Origin: Candidatus Cloacimonadales bacterium | GTDB taxonomy: Bacteria; Cloacimonadota; Cloacimonadia; Cloacimonadales; DAONDQ01 | Length of the DNA stretch: 64,000 nucleotides | Assembly: GCA_963662275.1 (NCBI GenBank) | Contig: OY759316.1 | Coordinates: 1,184,001-1,248,000 of the forward strand | Direction: 5' to 3' | Part shown: piece by piece, positions 29,677 to 39,922 of the stretch | Numbering within the stretch: the stretch's first letter is position 1 | How the letters are laid out: each line of letters starts with the position of its first letter | Notes under the pieces: model-generated | What the model saw: the letters and a program-made list of their open reading frames with translations, nothing else | What the model was told of the DNA's origin: nothing | The model's database searches: none | Program-made: the position numbers and the translations under genes

Positions 29677-30789
29677 TTATTGGGATTTTGACAAGCGATG
29701 CTGATGAGGAATGTATTCATTGATCAATCCTTCGAGTTTATCGATCATAATATCTTCTGTAAATTTGTCCTGAATTGTCTGCAAGGCATTAACACCCATT
29801 TCCAAGCGTAATTTATGATCTTCTATCACCTGGTTCATATCTCGAACTAAGGATTGAATATCGCCGGCTCTAAATAGAAATCCGTTGTGTTCATGTTTCA
29901 CGATTTCAGCTACACCGCCCACATTGGAGGATATCACGGGTATTCCCGCAGCCATATACTCTACGATCGTATTAGGGAAGCCTTCATCATAGGAAGCCAA
30001 CATCCCGACATTATACATGGATGACCACTCCAGGACATTCTTCTGGAATCCGGGAGTGATAATTCTATCTTCCATTCTCATTTGCCTTCTATTATGATTG
30101 ATCTCTTCCTTCAAATTACCATCGCCGCATATGATTAGATAGCATTCAGGATGTTTGATGATCACAAGACCAAAAGCGCGTATCACATCTCCAATTCCTT
30201 TTGCTCGAACTAATTGTACATTCATTCCGAACACAAATGCACCAGGAGGTATCCTGTTATCTTCCTTTAATTGCAGAACTGAGTCCGGATCAACGGGAAC
30301 CGGATTCCTACCGTTATAAATCACGGAATACATTTCCGGCTTTAGCCAATGATAAGTATTTTGAGCCTTGTCGAGAATTGCTTGACATGGTGCAATTGTA
30401 TGGGTAACAAAGTGCTTGGAAAGAAATCTATTCTTCTTCGAATTATTGAGATCAGTATAGTTCCCGACTCGACGGATATTGGGAATACCGGCTAATTTCG
30501 CAGCAACTCCGCCCACCGTTATTTCTTTGGTTGTATTTGTGAATACTACATCGATCTTATTCTTTTTAATGAACTGATAGATGAAGGAAATGATGATGGG
30601 GCTATAATCACTAACGGAATTGATTTCAACGATCTTGATATTCTTAGGTGCATATTGGTTTAATTCAGATTTTTTAGTGGAAATAATCCAGCAGTGATGA
30701 CCCCGTTTTTCCAGGGCTTCCACTGCTCTGCACATCCATCCGACGACTCCGCCAAATTTCCCTTTTGTATTGATAAACAGAATATTCAT
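29677..30789 (-). CDS. GT4 glycosyltransferase
   Basis: VIYNG, KGI, EGFPNTIVEYMAAGIPVISSNVGG. Confidence 0.9.
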   Translation of the reverse strand: MNILFINTKGKFGGVVGWMCRAVEALEKRGHHCWIISTKKSELNQYAPKNIKIVEINSVSDYSPIIISFIYQFIKKNKIDVVFTNTTKEITVGGVAAKLAGIPNIRRVGNYTDLNNSKKNRFLSKHFVTHTIAPCQAILDKAQNTYHWLKPEMYSVIYNGRNPVPVDPDSVLQLKEDNRIPPGAFVFGMNVQLVRAKGIGDVIRAFGLVIIKHPECYLIICGDGNLKEEINHNRRQMRMEDRIITPGFQKNVLEWSSMYNVGMLASYDEGFPNTIVEYMAAGIPVISSNVGGVAEIVKHEHNGFLFRAGDIQSLVRDMNQVIEDHKLRLEMGVNALQTIQDKFTEDIMIDKLEGLINEYIPHQHRLSKSQ

Positions 30790-32681
30790 TACTTCCCAAA
30801 CTGCAATTTATATAATTGCTGATATCTCTGGCAAGATTGAAGTAACTCTTCATGTTTACCGATTCCAACAATTTTACCATGTTCTAATACTACGATCTTA
30901 TCAGCAGTCAGGATTGTAGATAGCCGATGGGCAATGACAACAACTGTCCGATTTGCCGTAGCTTTATCAATAGCATCCTGGACTTTTCTTTCTGAATCTG
31001 TATCAAGAGCGCTGGTAGCTTCATCAAAAATCAGGATTGGAGGATCACCAACAATTGCACGAGCAATACAAAGACGCTGTTTTTGCCCACCGGAAAGATT
31101 GGAACCTTTTGTTTGAAGAAGTTCATCATATTGCCCAGGGAAATGAATAATGAATTCTGAAGCGCTGGCGATGTCACATGCCGTCTGTACCTGTTCATCT
31201 GAAACAGGAACCGAACTGCCGTAACTGATGTTATTCCTGACAGTATCCGTAAACAGCACTGAATCCTGGGTCACAACGCCATATAGGTTTCGGAGATCGA
31301 TCAGTTTTATTTTTTGGATAGGAATTGAATCAACTAGTATCTGTCCCGAATTATAATCATACATGCGGTTCAGTAAGTTCGCAATCGTTGTTTTTCCTGA
31401 CCCGCTGCTGCCGATAATGGCAACTTTTTCACCTTTCACGATATCGAAGCTGATATGTGAGAGTACATCCTTTGTTCCTGTATAAGAAAACGAAACATCC
31501 TGGAAGGAGATTCTATCTGTAAAACCGGTCTTTTCTATGGGGTTTGGATCTTCAGCAATTTCGCTTTGCCGGTTCAGGATCACAGAGATTCTTTCCAATG
31601 AAACCAACGCACGTTTAATGTCATTGTATGCTTTGGTAACAGCTTTTGTGGGTTGAAGCATGGAAAAGACAGCAAAAAGGAAGGCTGTAAATTCACCAAA
31701 GGAAAAAGTACTGGTCTTGCCAATGATCTGAGTACCGCCCATAAAAACGATCAGGACTCCAATGATCACAGTATTCATCTCTGCGATGGGTATATTCAGT
31801 CCATCTAACAGATCTGATACCCGCCAAAGGTGGAAATACCTGTTATTGATCTTATTAAACTTCTTATACTCAAATTCTTCATGCGAAAAAGCTTTCACAA
31901 TTCGCATACTGTTAAGTGCTTCTTCTACATTGCTGAACATGGAAGAGAACTGTGATTGTATCTTTTTAGAGTTCCTTTTCAGCTTTTTGCCGATATACGT
32001 GATGCAAAAAGTGAAGACCGGAAGTACTAACAGGCACCAGAGGAACAGGTGAGCATTCAGAAATATTGCCAGCCGGATATAGATGATGATGGATATGATG
32101 TTCTGCAGTGTGCTGAATAGATTATTGATGAATTGATTACTGACGATTTCCACATCATTCACCATACGTACGAGTGAATCACCAACCTTATTCTGGTTAA
32201 AGAATGCCAGGGATTGGGATAAATATTTGCTGAACATCAGGCTGCGCACATCACGGATCGTCTTACCGCGAAGATTCGTAAACATGACTCGATTTGAATA
32301 GTAACAGATATTCTTCAGGATATAAAGCCCAAGAATGATATAGCAAATGGAGAAAAGAAGAATCATGGAATCGGTTGAATTTAAAACAGCTTTAAAGGAT
32401 TCTATTAAAGGTGCAAATTCCGTTGTTGGTCGCATTTTTAATAGGGAGCCGTAGTTTAATGTATAATTATGGACTGCTTGCCCCATTGCTGCTAAAAAAG
32501 AGCTATAATCCGGATACAATATCTGCGGTTTATTCTTGACAAAGACATAATCGAGAAGAGGGATCATCATCGCAATGCTGACACCGCCAAGCATAGCATA
32601 TAAGAACATGCTGATTATACCACCGACGACGAATCCCCAGTAGTGCAGCATGATTTTATAGATACGAATCAAATCTTTCAC
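30789..32681 (-). CDS. MsbA-like ABC exporter (TMD + ATPase)
   Basis: TM N-terminal half; GSSGSGKTT, LSGGQKQR, IFDEATSALD, IAHRLST; LPS gene context. Confidence 0.85.
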   Translation of the reverse strand: MKDLIRIYKIMLHYWGFVVGGIISMFLYAMLGGVSIAMMIPLLDYVFVKNKPQILYPDYSSFLAAMGQAVHNYTLNYGSLLKMRPTTEFAPLIESFKAVLNSTDSMILLFSICYIILGLYILKNICYYSNRVMFTNLRGKTIRDVRSLMFSKYLSQSLAFFNQNKVGDSLVRMVNDVEIVSNQFINNLFSTLQNIISIIIYIRLAIFLNAHLFLWCLLVLPVFTFCITYIGKKLKRNSKKIQSQFSSMFSNVEEALNSMRIVKAFSHEEFEYKKFNKINNRYFHLWRVSDLLDGLNIPIAEMNTVIIGVLIVFMGGTQIIGKTSTFSFGEFTAFLFAVFSMLQPTKAVTKAYNDIKRALVSLERISVILNRQSEIAEDPNPIEKTGFTDRISFQDVSFSYTGTKDVLSHISFDIVKGEKVAIIGSSGSGKTTIANLLNRMYDYNSGQILVDSIPIQKIKLIDLRNLYGVVTQDSVLFTDTVRNNISYGSSVPVSDEQVQTACDIASASEFIIHFPGQYDELLQTKGSNLSGGQKQRLCIARAIVGDPPILIFDEATSALDTDSERKVQDAIDKATANRTVVVIAHRLSTILTADKIVVLEHGKIVGIGKHEELLQSCQRYQQLYKLQFGK

Positions 32682-32767
32682 ATATCATCCTATCGCTTAT
32701 ACTCAATCTTTTATCAAAATCCAGTTTATTCTTGCAGTGTCAAGGAAAAAGGGCAGAAGGGGGAAGA

Positions 32768-32820
32768 AGCGTACAGCATACAGCGTACAGCGTACAGCGT
32801 ATAGCGTACAGGTGACAGGT
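32768..32820 (+). repeat. Heptamer tandem repeat (AGCGTAC)n
   Basis: agcgtac agcatac agcgtac agcgtac agcgtat agcgtac. Confidence 0.9.
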
Positions 32821-32833
32821 TCAGATAAAAGAA

Positions 32834-33553
32834 CTAACTCATTTGGGTGCACTTTGTTAATATCGGGTTTCGACATTCATAATACCGATATAGGGAAATA
32901 CCTTTTGAGATCCCAAAAACACGACATGTTACATCTTCGAAAAAATATCTTAAAATTTCTTCAATCTCATCTGCTGTATTCACATGCTCATGTCTCATAA
33001 TCAACCCGTAATCAAGCTTGTATTTCAATCGAAATTCAAGCCCTGTTGTTGCTTTCCATCCTAACTTCCATAACCCGGTTCCCTCGCTTGGAATGGATGC
33101 CCTGAAAACACCATTTTTATTTAGAAGAAGACCGCTTTTTGCAATGCTATGCGGCAGGTTGCAGATATGCTCAAGTACAGCAATGGATGTGATTCTGTCA
33201 TAACGATTATTCATAGGAACCTCTGAGATATCAGCATAAATATTCCTAATTCTTTCGATTTGCGGTGAATTCTCAAATAAACCAGCCCTAGGTTCGACAA
33301 TATCATATAACGAAACTAAAGGTTCGTATCTCAACTGGTTTAAGGTTCCTGCTCCAAGTTCCAGAGTTACTTTGTTAGACTCATTTGAGATCATGACATC
33401 CTTAGCAACTTGACGATGGCACCAGGATTCTAGTCGTTGGGACATCGTTGAGGCGATGGACATTCCTTCTCGATTAGTTTTATATATTGATGCGTAATGG
33501 TCTGCGATTTCGTAGGGTAAGGCAGGACGCTGTTTGGAAAATTTGTCAAACAT
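32834..33553 (-). CDS. Class I SAM-dependent methyltransferase-like protein
   Basis: LELGAGT, YDIVEP, YDRITSIAVLEH, LL...GVF. Confidence 0.75.
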   Translation of the reverse strand: MFDKFSKQRPALPYEIADHYASIYKTNREGMSIASTMSQRLESWCHRQVAKDVMISNESNKVTLELGAGTLNQLRYEPLVSLYDIVEPRAGLFENSPQIERIRNIYADISEVPMNNRYDRITSIAVLEHICNLPHSIAKSGLLLNKNGVFRASIPSEGTGLWKLGWKATTGLEFRLKYKLDYGLIMRHEHVNTADEIEEILRYFFEDVTCRVFGISKGISLYRYYECRNPILTKCTQMS

Positions 33554-33632
33554 AATATCTCCAAGCTTATTTACTCGATTTTGATCTTCCCAGAAAACGA
33601 GTTTTCGCAGCCGAGGATGAAAGGTCGGGTTT

Positions 33633-33702
33633 GAAGTCCGAATGCCCTTTTAGTCAGGTATTCAATGATAATTTGTTTAGGGCATTTGAACTCCAAACTC
33701 TT
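33633..33702 (+). repeat. Dispersed repeat of about 70 bp, second copy at about 39404-39475
   Basis: GAAGTCCG..GCC...TAGTCAGGTATTCA...TAGGGC.TTTGAACTCCAAA.TCTTT at both sites. Confidence 0.75.
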
Positions 33703-34600
33703 TGCTTTCATGTAAACTCCAATTGCAGTCTGCTCTTCTCTGCAATTTTTAATTTTTAATTGGCTTAAGCCCCTTCGATCCGCCCCTAATATATGAAGAA
33801 AACGACAACAAACCATGAAAAAGGCATCAACCAGCCATGGTCGAAAAAAGTCTCGATTATGTCTCGGTTATTTCTCGTCATGTCTCGGTTATCACTCGGT
33901 AATCATATAGAAGCCACTCGTGTGCTGTAGGGACTGCTCGTATTCAGGTTCCAGAAACGAATGGTATGTAGTAACTGATATATGCAAATGTACTTAGATT
34001 TTGAAAGAATGTCAATGACTATTTATCTTGTCGTCATTCTCTTCCTTCGAACTTCGGAATAGCCTAATAAATTAAGCGCTCCACCCGGAAAGCTGTTTTT
34101 AACCGGCTATGCATCTGCAACTTCGTACTTCGCACATCGAACTTCGAAATAGCCTAGTAAATTAAGCGTTCCGGCAGAAGCATAGCCATCTTCCCTTGCC
34201 ACCAATCCCTACAAAGTACACTATTGCCTCAACAACTTCACAAATCTCCATCCAAATTCCTCACTCCATGCTCTTTTCTGGCTAAAGATAACCCCTCATA
34301 AGTGTCTTTTAATACTACCATAATAGTACAGTCAAAAACCGCCAAACAAACAAAACAAAACCGCTCCTTCCTGCGGTTCTGCTGCGGTGGTCCTGCGGTA
34401 GTGTAGCGGTTGTGCTGTTGTTCTGTTAAAAGAGCGGTTCATGTGGGAAAGGGGAGTGAAGAGAATTAAAAATTAAAAATTCAAAATTAAAATGGCAGAG
34501 TAGAGTTCAAGAATTGAAGATTGAAGATTGAAGATGGAAGATTGGCAGATCAGGGCCAGCAGAATGGAAGATGGAAGATTGGCAGAGCAGAAGGTTCAGT

Positions 34601-35020
34601 CTACAAAGTGAAATCCACATTGGTCAAGCCATGGTAGTAGTTGCCCTGGCGGGTGGTAAACTCAAGAACTGCATAATCAGGGTCATCGATTCCCTGGGGA
34701 TAGTACATGGTATAACCGGGCTTCCACATCATTTCCCGAGCTTCCCGATCGAACCGTAAGGTGATATCACCAACCAGGAGTAAGCCCATGAACCTTGTTT
34801 CATCCACAAAGTAGATGGAAGCCTTTGTGTCATCACGCAATTGAGCAACGCGTTTTGAACCGGTATTGGTGAGTAGCCAGATTTTTTCGATACCTTCATG
34901 CTTTGTGTTGAGCATAGCTTTCAGACGGGGATAACCATCGGTATGATTGGTTCCCAGGAAACAGATACGACTATTCTGGATCAGTTCTTTTCCTGCTTCG
35001 ATCGCTTCGTTAATTTGCAT
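34601..35020 (-). CDS. Pyridoxamine 5'-phosphate oxidase-like / general stress protein (FMN split barrel)
   Basis: DGYP...AM, IWLLTNTGS.RV.QL, ASIYF, YYPQGIDDPDYAVLEF. Confidence 0.8.
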   Translation of the reverse strand: MQINEAIEAGKELIQNSRICFLGTNHTDGYPRLKAMLNTKHEGIEKIWLLTNTGSKRVAQLRDDTKASIYFVDETRFMGLLLVGDITLRFDREAREMMWKPGYTMYYPQGIDDPDYAVLEFTTRQGNYYHGLTNVDFTL

Positions 35021-35228
35021 GCAGTCCTCCTGAATTCCGAAATTATTTTAGACGAGTGTTATCGACGCTCATTTTTTAGTCAAGAATCAAACTCTCCCTC
35101 GGTCCCTCCCTTTATCCAAAGGGAGGGAAGGGTCACATCGGTGCATCTCGATACAATTTCTCCTTCGTCGAAATCACACTGTCACCTGTCACCTACCACC
35201 TGTAACCTGTAACCTACAAGCTCGTATG

Positions 35229-36095
35229 CTACTCCGCCTTCACTTTGACCGGTAATCCGATCGGCATATTGGCTACATTAGGCTGGAAGGATAAAATGAT
35301 CTCCTGGTATTTAGCGGATGTTTTCTCTTTTGTATTTTCTGTCTGAGTTGTTTTTGGTCTCAAGAATCTCGATGCTGATTTAAAAGTAGCGGTTCCGAGT
35401 AATACATCTGTTTCTGCATTGAAGACCTGGAAAGCCTTATCTTGGTTGAGTTTCCCGATCCAATAGGTTTCCAGGTCACCTACGATCTCCAGTTTACTGG
35501 AACCCATCTGTAAACGGTCTATATCAGTTGGACTGAAAGCTTCTCCTACGTGGAGGTCACTTTTATAAATAATTCCATCCTGGGGTGCGTAAAGGTATCT
35601 ATCCTGCAATTTTGCGAAGTTCGTCTCAGCATTCTTCTGATTGACCTTTACCTGTTCCTCATCAATTTCCTTCTTGATCTTGATCTGTAAGTAATCAGCC
35701 TGGGGTTGAACCTCTTCTTTAAATAAAATTGCACTGCGTGAATAACTGTCATTACTTGCTTCAGCTACTTTTTTGGCATAATCGACCTGTGACAGCGATG
35801 ATTCGTAGGCTTTCTTTTCCGTAATATCATCGAAAGCGATGAGCAATTGCCCTTTCACAATATGGCTACCTTCAATAAAATTCAGTTGTTTGATAATTCC
35901 TGCTGTTTTTGGACTCAATGTAATGATCTTACCTTCGGGTTGAACCTGTCCATAAAATTCAATTGGAGTAGCATTCAGTACCGGTGCTTTTGCTGGAGGA
36001 TAAGTGTGGGATACTTTCTTTAGACTATTGAAGATAAAGTATGACATAGCTGCCACGACGATCAGAATAAGGGCAATGATGATGTATTTTTTCAT
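35229..36095 (-). CDS. HlyD/DevB-like periplasmic adaptor subunit
   Basis: N-terminal TM; GII..L...EG..I.KGQLL lipoyl half; APQDG. Confidence 0.8.
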   Translation of the reverse strand: MKKYIIIALILIVVAAMSYFIFNSLKKVSHTYPPAKAPVLNATPIEFYGQVQPEGKIITLSPKTAGIIKQLNFIEGSHIVKGQLLIAFDDITEKKAYESSLSQVDYAKKVAEASNDSYSRSAILFKEEVQPQADYLQIKIKKEIDEEQVKVNQKNAETNFAKLQDRYLYAPQDGIIYKSDLHVGEAFSPTDIDRLQMGSSKLEIVGDLETYWIGKLNQDKAFQVFNAETDVLLGTATFKSASRFLRPKTTQTENTKEKTSAKYQEIILSFQPNVANMPIGLPVKVKAE

Positions 36096-36106
36096 GTTAA
36101 TTTACC

Positions 36107-36832
36107 TCAAGTCTCGTTATAACGAGTATCTGCTGTAATTCTACCATAGATGACCTGGATCAGTCTGTCCGCATATGGAAACACACGTGAATCATGCGTT
36201 ACCAGTACAACAGCCTTGTTCTCCTTGCTGAGAGCCTTCAGAGTATCCAGCACTATTGTGCTGCTTTCAATATCCAGGGAGGATGTAGGTTCATCGCAAA
36301 GAACCAGGGAAGGATTATTGATCAGAGCTCGGGCGATGGCAACTCTCTGTTTTTGACCACCTGATAGTTTTTCAATATTGTAGGATAGAAAATCTCCCAG
36401 TCCTAATAAGTCTAATGTCTTTTTCGCCTGTATCTTCTTTTCTGTCGTGACAGGATCGCCCTGCACAGCCAATGCGATCAGGACGTTCTCCATCACAGTC
36501 AATGCAGGTATCATGGCTGCAGTTTGAAACACAAAGCCGAAATTCCGTAAACGGATGGAAGCTAATTTATTATCATTTAAGGAAGTAATATCCTTGTTGT
36601 TGACGAAGATCTTGCCTTCTGTCGGCTTGAGAATCAATGCCATCATGGTTAAAATGGTTGTCTTTCCGCTCCCTGAAGGACCGGATATGACTGTTAATTC
36701 TCCCGGATAGATAGACAGGTTCAAAGGAAAGATAACTCTCCTGATATTACGTCCGTCTGAAAAGTCCTTCGCAATATCTATCATTTGAACAACAGGAGCA
36801 ACGAGGTTTGGATTGATATCTTTCATACTCAT
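36107..36832 (-). CDS. ABC ATP-binding protein (DevA/LolD-like)
   Basis: GPSGSGKTT, LSGGQKQRVAIARA, CDEPT, VTHD; start placed at MSMKD. Confidence 0.9.
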   Translation of the reverse strand: MSMKDINPNLVAPVVQMIDIAKDFSDGRNIRRVIFPLNLSIYPGELTVISGPSGSGKTTILTMMALILKPTEGKIFVNNKDITSLNDNKLASIRLRNFGFVFQTAAMIPALTVMENVLIALAVQGDPVTTEKKIQAKKTLDLLGLGDFLSYNIEKLSGGQKQRVAIARALINNPSLVLCDEPTSSLDIESSTIVLDTLKALSKENKAVVLVTHDSRVFPYADRLIQVIYGRITADTRYNET

Positions 36833-36833
36833 A

Positions 36834-37955
36834 TTACCTGAAAATGCCTGCAGGGTCAACGCTGATGGCTCTCCGTAGGGCAATGGAAGAACCTACAAGA
36901 CAGATCAAGAATGTTGAGATTGCCAAAATCGGGGAGATGTACCAGGGCATGAAACTCGGCAGGGCAGTGTCATATGTTCCTGTTAGAAAAGCTGCCAATA
37001 GGACAAAGCCAGCGAATATCCCGATTATCGCAATGTACACTGCCTGGAGGAAAACGATCCAACCTATGTCCCTATTCCTGGCACCCAGCACTTTGAGCAT
37101 GGCGTAATCCCTTGTTTTATTTAACACGTTCGTATATAGCGTTAGAGCGATAATGACAAAGCCTACGAGGATGCCGATGAGTGTGGAAAATCCGAAACTC
37201 GTGCCAATACCGGAGTTCTTAAGGTAATAGAATACGGTACTCTTTGAAATTTCAGGAGTGAGGTAAACAGCCGTGCGGGGAAGAAGCCTGCTGATCATTT
37301 CCTTCATTTTTGTCTTGTCTATGCTGTCATCGACCTTCACCAGCAAACAGGTTGTGCGATCCAAGCCAACACCACCAATTTCTCTTGCTTTGGCGATATT
37401 CGTAAAGACCAGGCTGCCTCCGAAACCTCTAACACCTTCTGTTAGTGCAACCAGCCGAACTCTAACGCCATTGATTTCAAAGATGTCATTAATTTTGGGA
37501 TTCCCCAGTGAAGGCAGGTCTAGATTATCGAGTGTAATTCCTTCAGGGTCATATAGATTCTCCAGTCTTCCTGCATACCAACGGTTAGGCGCACCTGTAT
37601 ACCGTGGGGGATTCAAACCAACGACCTGCACACCTACATTGTAGCCATTGCTTTGCTTCAAGGTTCCGGCATTGATGATCAGCGGATCGATTGATTTGAT
37701 ACCGGATAAGCCTGCTAATCTATCCTGGTAGGCACTGGGAATGGATCCTGTGGCATTGATATTATCTGTATTCTGGGCAAAAACCCATATATCTGCTCCA
37801 CTGATATCCACGATTCTTGACATAAAGGCGGTAAGCCCGAAGAAAGTAGTTAACTGCTGTCCAACGAGGAAAATGATGACGATTACCCCGGCTATAGAAC
37901 CCAGGGCAGCAGCACGATCATGGAACAGCATTTTAAAGGCAGCTAAACTACGCAT
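36834..37955 (-). CDS. FtsX/DevC-like ABC permease
   Basis: GADIWV periplasmic domain; DYAMLKVLGA; four-TM MacB/FtsX layout. Confidence 0.85.
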   Translation of the reverse strand: MRSLAAFKMLFHDRAAALGSIAGVIVIIFLVGQQLTTFFGLTAFMSRIVDISGADIWVFAQNTDNINATGSIPSAYQDRLAGLSGIKSIDPLIINAGTLKQSNGYNVGVQVVGLNPPRYTGAPNRWYAGRLENLYDPEGITLDNLDLPSLGNPKINDIFEINGVRVRLVALTEGVRGFGGSLVFTNIAKAREIGGVGLDRTTCLLVKVDDSIDKTKMKEMISRLLPRTAVYLTPEISKSTVFYYLKNSGIGTSFGFSTLIGILVGFVIIALTLYTNVLNKTRDYAMLKVLGARNRDIGWIVFLQAVYIAIIGIFAGFVLLAAFLTGTYDTALPSFMPWYISPILAISTFLICLVGSSIALRRAISVDPAGIFR

Positions 37956-38970
37956 GGATCAGCTCTTTTAGAAGCACTTTGTGACAGTCCGAGTAGTTTT
38001 CAGGCACATGATTACAAAATTGCTTGAGAATGGGTTGGTAAGATTTACTACCGCCTCCAATTGTCAGCATCTTCGGAAATTCATTCCGAACATCTTGCAT
38101 GAGGCTCTTGAATTGAATCAGGAAGGCAAGCATACTGACAGAAATGATAAGTGCATCGGGTTTGAAGGCTGTGAGAGCACTGAGGATATCCTGTTTTGGC
38201 ATGCTGCTTCCCATAAATATCACCGTCCAACCTTTGTATTCAAGATAACGGGAAAGCAGATTCATGCCTATGGAATGAAGATCACCCGGTACTGAGGTGA
38301 TACAGATTTTCTTCTCAAGCTTGTTCTCGGAAGTCAGTGTAGAAAATATTTGATGAGCCACTATCAGCAAATTAAGGGAAGCGATATGTTCATCAGCAAC
38401 ACTGATTTTGTTTTGCCACCAGAGAGTTCCGATATCTCGAAGGCTTTGAAGAAACAACTGCTCGATAGTACATTCGATGTCATTATTAGAGAAGTAATCT
38501 TTTACCAGGGAGAATGCAATTATACGGTCATTATCCATCAAAGCCCGAATGAAAGGAGTAATTTCCAGGGGTGGAGTCTCATTCTTGAAAAGACTATGAG
38601 GATCATAATTGTGGTTTGAAGTGATGAAGTTTACAATTTCTGCAGATAGATTTGCAGGCAGGTTAGCCATAATGGCTGTTTTCCAGAATTTCATCATACT
38701 TATCAGAATATCTGTGGGGATTTGCCTATGTAGAAATGACCCGACAATGAAGCTAATTTCTTCAGACAAGGCTTCCTTGATATCAAATTCCAGGATGGAA
38801 GTTAAACTCAAGGCAAAGTGGCTCTGGGCTTCAATGATAAACTGCAGTTGCAATGGGGTAACTGTTCCTGAGTGACTATACTCAATTTGAAAAGAGCGAA
38901 TGACGGTATTTAAAATCTGGGCATTGTATTGATGGTAGCTTTCTACCGCTTTGTCAGATAATGTTTTCAT
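37948..38970 (-). CDS. Cobalamin-binding protein (B12-binding_2 + B12-binding) without a DNA-binding domain
   Basis: IG..W-x9-EH (WWQNKISVADEH), DxHxxG (GDLHSIG), GW.V..MG, ISVS, IGGG. Confidence 0.8.
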   Translation of the reverse strand: MKTLSDKAVESYHQYNAQILNTVIRSFQIEYSHSGTVTPLQLQFIIEAQSHFALSLTSILEFDIKEALSEEISFIVGSFLHRQIPTDILISMMKFWKTAIMANLPANLSAEIVNFITSNHNYDPHSLFKNETPPLEITPFIRALMDNDRIIAFSLVKDYFSNNDIECTIEQLFLQSLRDIGTLWWQNKISVADEHIASLNLLIVAHQIFSTLTSENKLEKKICITSVPGDLHSIGMNLLSRYLEYKGWTVIFMGSSMPKQDILSALTAFKPDALIISVSMLAFLIQFKSLMQDVRNEFPKMLTIGGGSKSYQPILKQFCNHVPENYSDCHKVLLKELIHA

Positions 38971-39182
38971 ATCATCCTCATTTATTTCACATACGCTTAT
39001 AATTTAAAATGTAATCCATGTGAATATTTTGGCAACTTATGCTTGCGTTGGACTTCAAATCTCCAAAATATCTAATGTTTCTAACTTGACTAAAAGGAGA
39101 TTTGGAGTTCAACCCCGAATTACTAAAGTACCCAACTATTGTTCGCTCATCATTATCTAGTACAAATGAACACCAGAATAAC

Positions 39183-39305
39183 AGAATCAAACTCTCCGAC
39201 CTAAAGGTCACCTCCCTTTATCCAAAGGGAGGAATGATACAAGTCAGCATCAGGTCTGATTTCCCTCCCTTTGGATAAAGGGAGGGTAGGGGAGAGTTTG
39301 ATTCT
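39183..39305. repeat. Inverted pair of family C hairpin repeats (CCTCCCTTTATCCAAAGGGAGG)
   Basis: 39183-39235 and 39263-39305 in opposite orientation; other copies at 35083-35127 and 42464-42516; relatives at 52224 and 62271. Confidence 0.85.
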
Positions 39306-39484
39306 CTTCTATCCGGAAGTTTGGAGTTCATTCATCCTTCGTATCTATCTATTTGGATTAGCTAAAAGGATGAGTGGACTTCATACTTCTTGTTATCAGA
39401 TTCAGAAGTCCGCAAGCCTTAATAGTCAGGTATTCACAAATGATAGGTAGGGCTTTTGAACTCCAAAATCTTTTGAATCATCTA

Positions 39485-39752
39485 TCGTCCCGATGGGACT
39501 TAGGTTTTTTTCTTTCTCGTAGCACCGGATTAAAATCCAGTGTTAATATGTTTCTTCCCTACGGGAATAAGAGTATATGCAAGCACGATTGTCCGGTTCT
39601 TATAACAAGTATGATATTGCGGATCGTCCGGTACGGACGATAGCTGAGTATGAAATCCACCAGTCCGGTACGGACGATAGGTAATAACGCTCGGATTTCA
39701 ATCCGGCGATATGTGACTCTAAGCGACCGATCCACCAGTCCAGTACGGACGA
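39485..39752. repeat. Cluster of short palindromes (TCGTCCGGTACGGACGA; CCGGATTTCAATCCGG type)
   Basis: Palindrome at 39623-39641; direct repeat ATCCACCAGTCCRGTACGGACGA at 39655 and 39730; similar hairpin cluster at about 42945-43160. Confidence 0.7.
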
Positions 39753-39922
39753 CAGGTATGATGTGGCGGACTCTTTGGTATTCTTCTCTTCTCTTCTCTT
39801 CTCTTCTCTTCTCTGCAACTTCGTCCTTCGAACTTCCGAGATTCTGTTACCTAATCAAATATTCCTTGACGCATAAGCATACTACCGAAAATTAGGAAAA
39901 AAAAGACCGCAAGGAGTAGAAC

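Noticed and set aside
32737..33000. 87-aa ORF with RTAYSVQ repeats
   Set aside because: It is the translation of a heptamer DNA repeat and lies antisense to the methyltransferase gene
39374..39895. Small ORFs (89, 72 and 81 aa) upstream of arcE
   Set aside because: They are made of palindromic and TTCTC repeats, with no RBS or recognisable domain
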